DNA of 36,397 nucleotides from a virus: UHGV virus genome UHGV-1376481; one strand, 5' to 3'. Shown piece by piece: positions 33,790 to 36,397 of this stretch (position 1 is its first letter; each line of letters starts with the position of its first letter). The notes under the pieces were generated by a model. It saw only the letters and a program-made list of their open reading frames with translations, ran no database searches and was not told where the DNA came from. The position numbers and the translations under genes were made by a program.

Positions 33790-34641
33790 ATGGAAACTGT
33801 TGGGGAAATCATGGAAAAGCTGATACAGAAAGTGCTTGTCCAACGTGGCGAATGTCCTGAATGCGGACAGCCTTTGTATGGATGGCGTACGAAGAACCCT
33901 GATGGCTCAGAACGTTGTAAGCCAACCTGTATGCAATGTGGGTATAAAGCATTGCGAGTTCAGGAAGACTTACAAACAGAACGAATTTACAACGAGAGCC
34001 TGAAAGCAAGAGCAATCAATTTTTTCAAAGGTGGTTCTGTTGTGCCTAATCAAGCGTTGTTTGATTGCACATTGCAGAATTATCAAATTGTCGATCAAGA
34101 AACAAGACAAGCGGTTGAAGTAACCAAACGCTTTGTTAATTCAGTCTTGTTAGGAAATCCAAGTCACCTTGTTTTAACTGGAAAACAAGGAACAGGTAAA
34201 AGTCACCTAGCGATGGCAGCGGCTTGGGAAGTCTTGAAGCGATCAAACTACGATAAAAAAATCTTATTTATCGGGTTACAGGAAATGCTGGATCAAATCA
34301 AATTTTCGTACAACAATCCTGAACTCAGAAAAACGATTGAGGGATCGTTGATTGCAGATATCAAAACAGCGGATTTAGTCATCATTGATGATATCGGTTC
34401 AGAACTAGGAAAAGATGCATCAGATAGTCGAGCGTTTGGCATAAACACGCTAAATTCGTTCTTGGATGCACGACAGAACCTAGCAACGATTATCACAACG
34501 AACTTGCTTGGTGAAGAACTGAAAAAAGCTTACGGTACGAGAACAATATCAAGAATGTTTGTCAACTCTGATGGATTTACGATGGTATTTTCTCAAACAG
34601 CAGACAAGCGCATAAAACCAGTGAAAGGTAGTATCGCATGA
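33790..34641 (+). CDS. DnaC/IstB-like helicase loader ATPase with N-terminal zinc finger
   Basis: ATG 33790 after GAGAGGAGG. N-terminal CPECGQ...CMQCG. Walker A LTGKQGTGKSHLAMA and Walker B VIIDDIG. Confidence 0.75.
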   Translation: METVGEIMEKLIQKVLVQRGECPECGQPLYGWRTKNPDGSERCKPTCMQCGYKALRVQEDLQTERIYNESLKARAINFFKGGSVVPNQALFDCTLQNYQIVDQETRQAVEVTKRFVNSVLLGNPSHLVLTGKQGTGKSHLAMAAAWEVLKRSNYDKKILFIGLQEMLDQIKFSYNNPELRKTIEGSLIADIKTADLVIIDDIGSELGKDASDSRAFGINTLNSFLDARQNLATIITTNLLGEELKKAYGTRTISRMFVNSDGFTMVFSQTADKRIKPVKGSIA

Positions 34642-34997
34642 ATAAATACCGTAATAAAAAAACTGTTCATCGAGGTATCAAGTTTGATTCTATCGCGGAA
34701 GCAGAGTATTACGATCTAGCCTTGTGGCAAGCTGAAGCGAATGGTTGGAAAGTGAAGCTCCAGGAAAGGTTTGAGCTGATGCCGAAGTTTGAACTAGAGG
34801 GCAAGAAGTATCGCAAGATCGAGTATATTCCCGACTTCACATTTTACAAAAGCGGCAAGCTGGTCAAAGTCGTAGATGTTAAGGGGATGCAGACAAAAGA
34901 CTTTAAGATCAAGGCAAAGTTGTTCTGTCATCAATATCAAGTGCCGTTGATATTAGCCAAAAAATATCGGAATACGTTCAAGGAAGAGCGTTTTTAA
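34638..34997 (+). CDS. DUF1064-family phage protein
   Basis: 119 aa. MNKYRNKKTVHRGIKFDSIAEAEYY...YIPDF pattern typical of DUF1064. Confidence 0.5.
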   Translation: MNKYRNKKTVHRGIKFDSIAEAEYYDLALWQAEANGWKVKLQERFELMPKFELEGKKYRKIEYIPDFTFYKSGKLVKVVDVKGMQTKDFKIKAKLFCHQYQVPLILAKKYRNTFKEERF

Positions 34998-35011
34998 CGA
35001 GGTGGTCCATC

Positions 35012-35173
35012 ATGACAACAGAAGAAGTGATTCAAATGCGAATTCGAAGCCTTCGGCGTGAGATTGACGATCTGGAACGAACAAAGGCAGTGATGGTCAA
35101 TGAAACGGCTAGAAAGGCAATCGATTTGCACATAGAGAATTTAAGAAGGGAAATCCGTAGATTGGAGGAATGA
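35012..35173 (+). CDS. small coiled-coil protein (53 aa)
   Basis: ATG after GAGGTGG. Heptad-like RREIDDLERTK...NLRREIRRLEE. Its stop overlaps the next start. Confidence 0.3.
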   Translation: MTTEEVIQMRIRSLRREIDDLERTKAVMVNETARKAIDLHIENLRREIRRLEE

Positions 35174-35496
35174 GCGTGGATAAGGAAGCGGCTTGGCGAA
35201 AATTAATGTTGCTGATTCAAGATGAGAACTGGCAAGAAGATGAAGCAGTGGTTGCTGAAGTTCAGCGTCTAGAAAAGATTGCTAACGGACGTATACGAAA
35301 AAAGCCAGACAAAAGAAAACAGCGCAAAGGGAAAATCGTCGTTGTTTTACACGAAGGCAAAATTTTGATGCAAGGAACAGCTAGTGAGCTGTCTGCAGAA
35401 ACTGGATATACGCGTGGGACTATTCGAACGTACGCTTGGCGAAATCACACCGATCGAAAAGGGCACGAATATAAGTATTTGGAGGAAGAAAAATGA
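35170..35496 (+). CDS. hypothetical protein
   Basis: 108-aa ORF, coupled upstream and downstream. Confidence 0.45.
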   Translation: MSVDKEAAWRKLMLLIQDENWQEDEAVVAEVQRLEKIANGRIRKKPDKRKQRKGKIVVVLHEGKILMQGTASELSAETGYTRGTIRTYAWRNHTDRKGHEYKYLEEEK

Positions 35497-36308
35497 ACGA
35501 AAACAAATTAATCAAATTGGGTGTAGCAGGAGCAGTAATCGTAGGTATTGGAGTTATCGGAGGATTTAAGTTCTTCGAAAAAATCGATAATGGATATGTG
35601 GGTGTGCGCTATTCAATGAACGGCGGTATCAAAGATGAAGCACTGACGCAAGGTGTGAAATTTGTAGGGATTGACAAAGTGATCCAATATCCAATTCGCT
35701 TGCAAACTATCCAATCAAAAAATATTTCAGTATCTACAAGCGACGGCAAAAAGACAACGATTGATATCAAATATGACTACAAAGTTGATTCAACTAAAGC
35801 AGCAAAAATGTACAAGGAATTTGGGAATATCACTTCGGAAGATATCGAAAGTGGATGGTTAAAATCTAAGCTTCAAAAGGTCGCTCGTGAAGTTTATGCG
35901 AAATATAGTCTGCTTGATGTCCTTTCAGGAGATTCCTCTAAAGTTGAAGCTGAGGTATTAACGAACTTTGCTAAATCAGTTGAATCTAAAGGGTTTGAAG
36001 TCGAAGACGTAACACTTGGTGTTCCAGATGTCGATAAAGAAACACAAAAATCAATCGATGCGATCATTCGAGCTGGTCAAGAAAATGAAAAAGCGAAGCT
36101 AGACGCAGAAACTGCAAAAACTCAAGCTGATAGTGAAGCTTACAAGAAAACAAAAGCTGCAGAAGCAGAGGCAGAATCTAATCGCAAAGTCGCCGAATCA
36201 GTAACAGACAATTTGATTCGTTATGAAGAAGCTCAAGCTCGCAAAAAGCATGGATGGGTAACAGTAAATGGAGCAGATACTGTAGTTACGGATGAAGCAG
36301 GCAAATAA
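35493..36308 (+). CDS. SPFH/band-7 (prohibitin/stomatin-like) membrane protein
   Basis: 271 aa. N-terminal TM segment (LIKLGVAGAVIVGIGVIGG), SPFH-like core, and a C-terminal Ala/Glu/Lys-rich coiled coil. Confidence 0.65.
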   Translation: MNENKLIKLGVAGAVIVGIGVIGGFKFFEKIDNGYVGVRYSMNGGIKDEALTQGVKFVGIDKVIQYPIRLQTIQSKNISVSTSDGKKTTIDIKYDYKVDSTKAAKMYKEFGNITSEDIESGWLKSKLQKVAREVYAKYSLLDVLSGDSSKVEAEVLTNFAKSVESKGFEVEDVTLGVPDVDKETQKSIDAIIRAGQENEKAKLDAETAKTQADSEAYKKTKAAEAEAESNRKVAESVTDNLIRYEEAQARKKHGWVTVNGADTVVTDEAGK

Positions 36309-36309
36309 T

Positions 36310-36397
36310 ATGGGATTCTTTATGGCTAAAATTCTCTTGTTCTTAGGTTTAGTAGGAGCAGCATATCTCGTGTATGCGCTCCTTTCCCAAACTGATG
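36310..36397 (+). CDS. 5' fragment of a membrane protein (possible NfeD-like partner of the SPFH protein)
   Basis: MGFFMAKILLFLGLVGAAYLVYALL... runs off the window edge. Confidence 0.3.
   Translation, partial: MGFFMAKILLFLGLVGAAYLVYALLSQTD

Overview
This window reads as an essentially complete, circularly permuted genome of a low-GC Firmicutes temperate siphovirus. The gene content is Enterococcus/Lactobacillales-like: an ArpU late regulator, a LexA-like CI repressor, a large serine integrase and a holin-amidase lysis cassette. Left to right the modules are as follows. First come the end of the early region (MazG-like, small ORFs, ArpU), then a repeat-rich non-coding candidate cos/pac region and packaging genes (TerS, TerL, portal, minor head). 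The head module follows (scaffold, major capsid, attenuating terminator, connectors), then the tail module. The tail module has a major tail protein, a chaperone with a classical A_AAA_AAG -1 frameshift, a 938-aa tape measure, Dit, Tal with two peptidoglycan-hydrolase domains, BppU-like, and three modular fibre genes. Lysis (XkdX-like, holin, amidase with a signal peptide) is followed by an AT-rich accessory island, then the lysogeny module on the minus strand (serine integrase, DUF4041-T5orf172, CI) and the plus-strand early region. That early region has Cro, two tandem convergent small-gene/DUF2188 cassettes, a YqaJ exonuclease, RecT, a replisome organizer with internal iterons, a DnaC-like loader, DUF1064, and an SPFH protein. 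The most unusual content is in the accessory island between lysis and integrase. It holds a self-contained transcription unit encoding a 402-aa HslV/proteasome-beta-like Ntn threonine peptidase, with Thr1, Asp17 and Lys33 aligning to HslV, translationally coupled to a 56-aa ORF. A tRNA-Met(CAT) follows, then a candidate type I toxin-antitoxin: a 29-aa hydrophobic peptide mRNA converging on an approximately 70-nt antisense sRNA whose 5' end is complementary to the peptide's start region. Finally there is a near-perfect 50-bp palindrome abutting the integrase stop codon, a candidate attP. All functional calls come from reading motifs by eye. No database searches were run.
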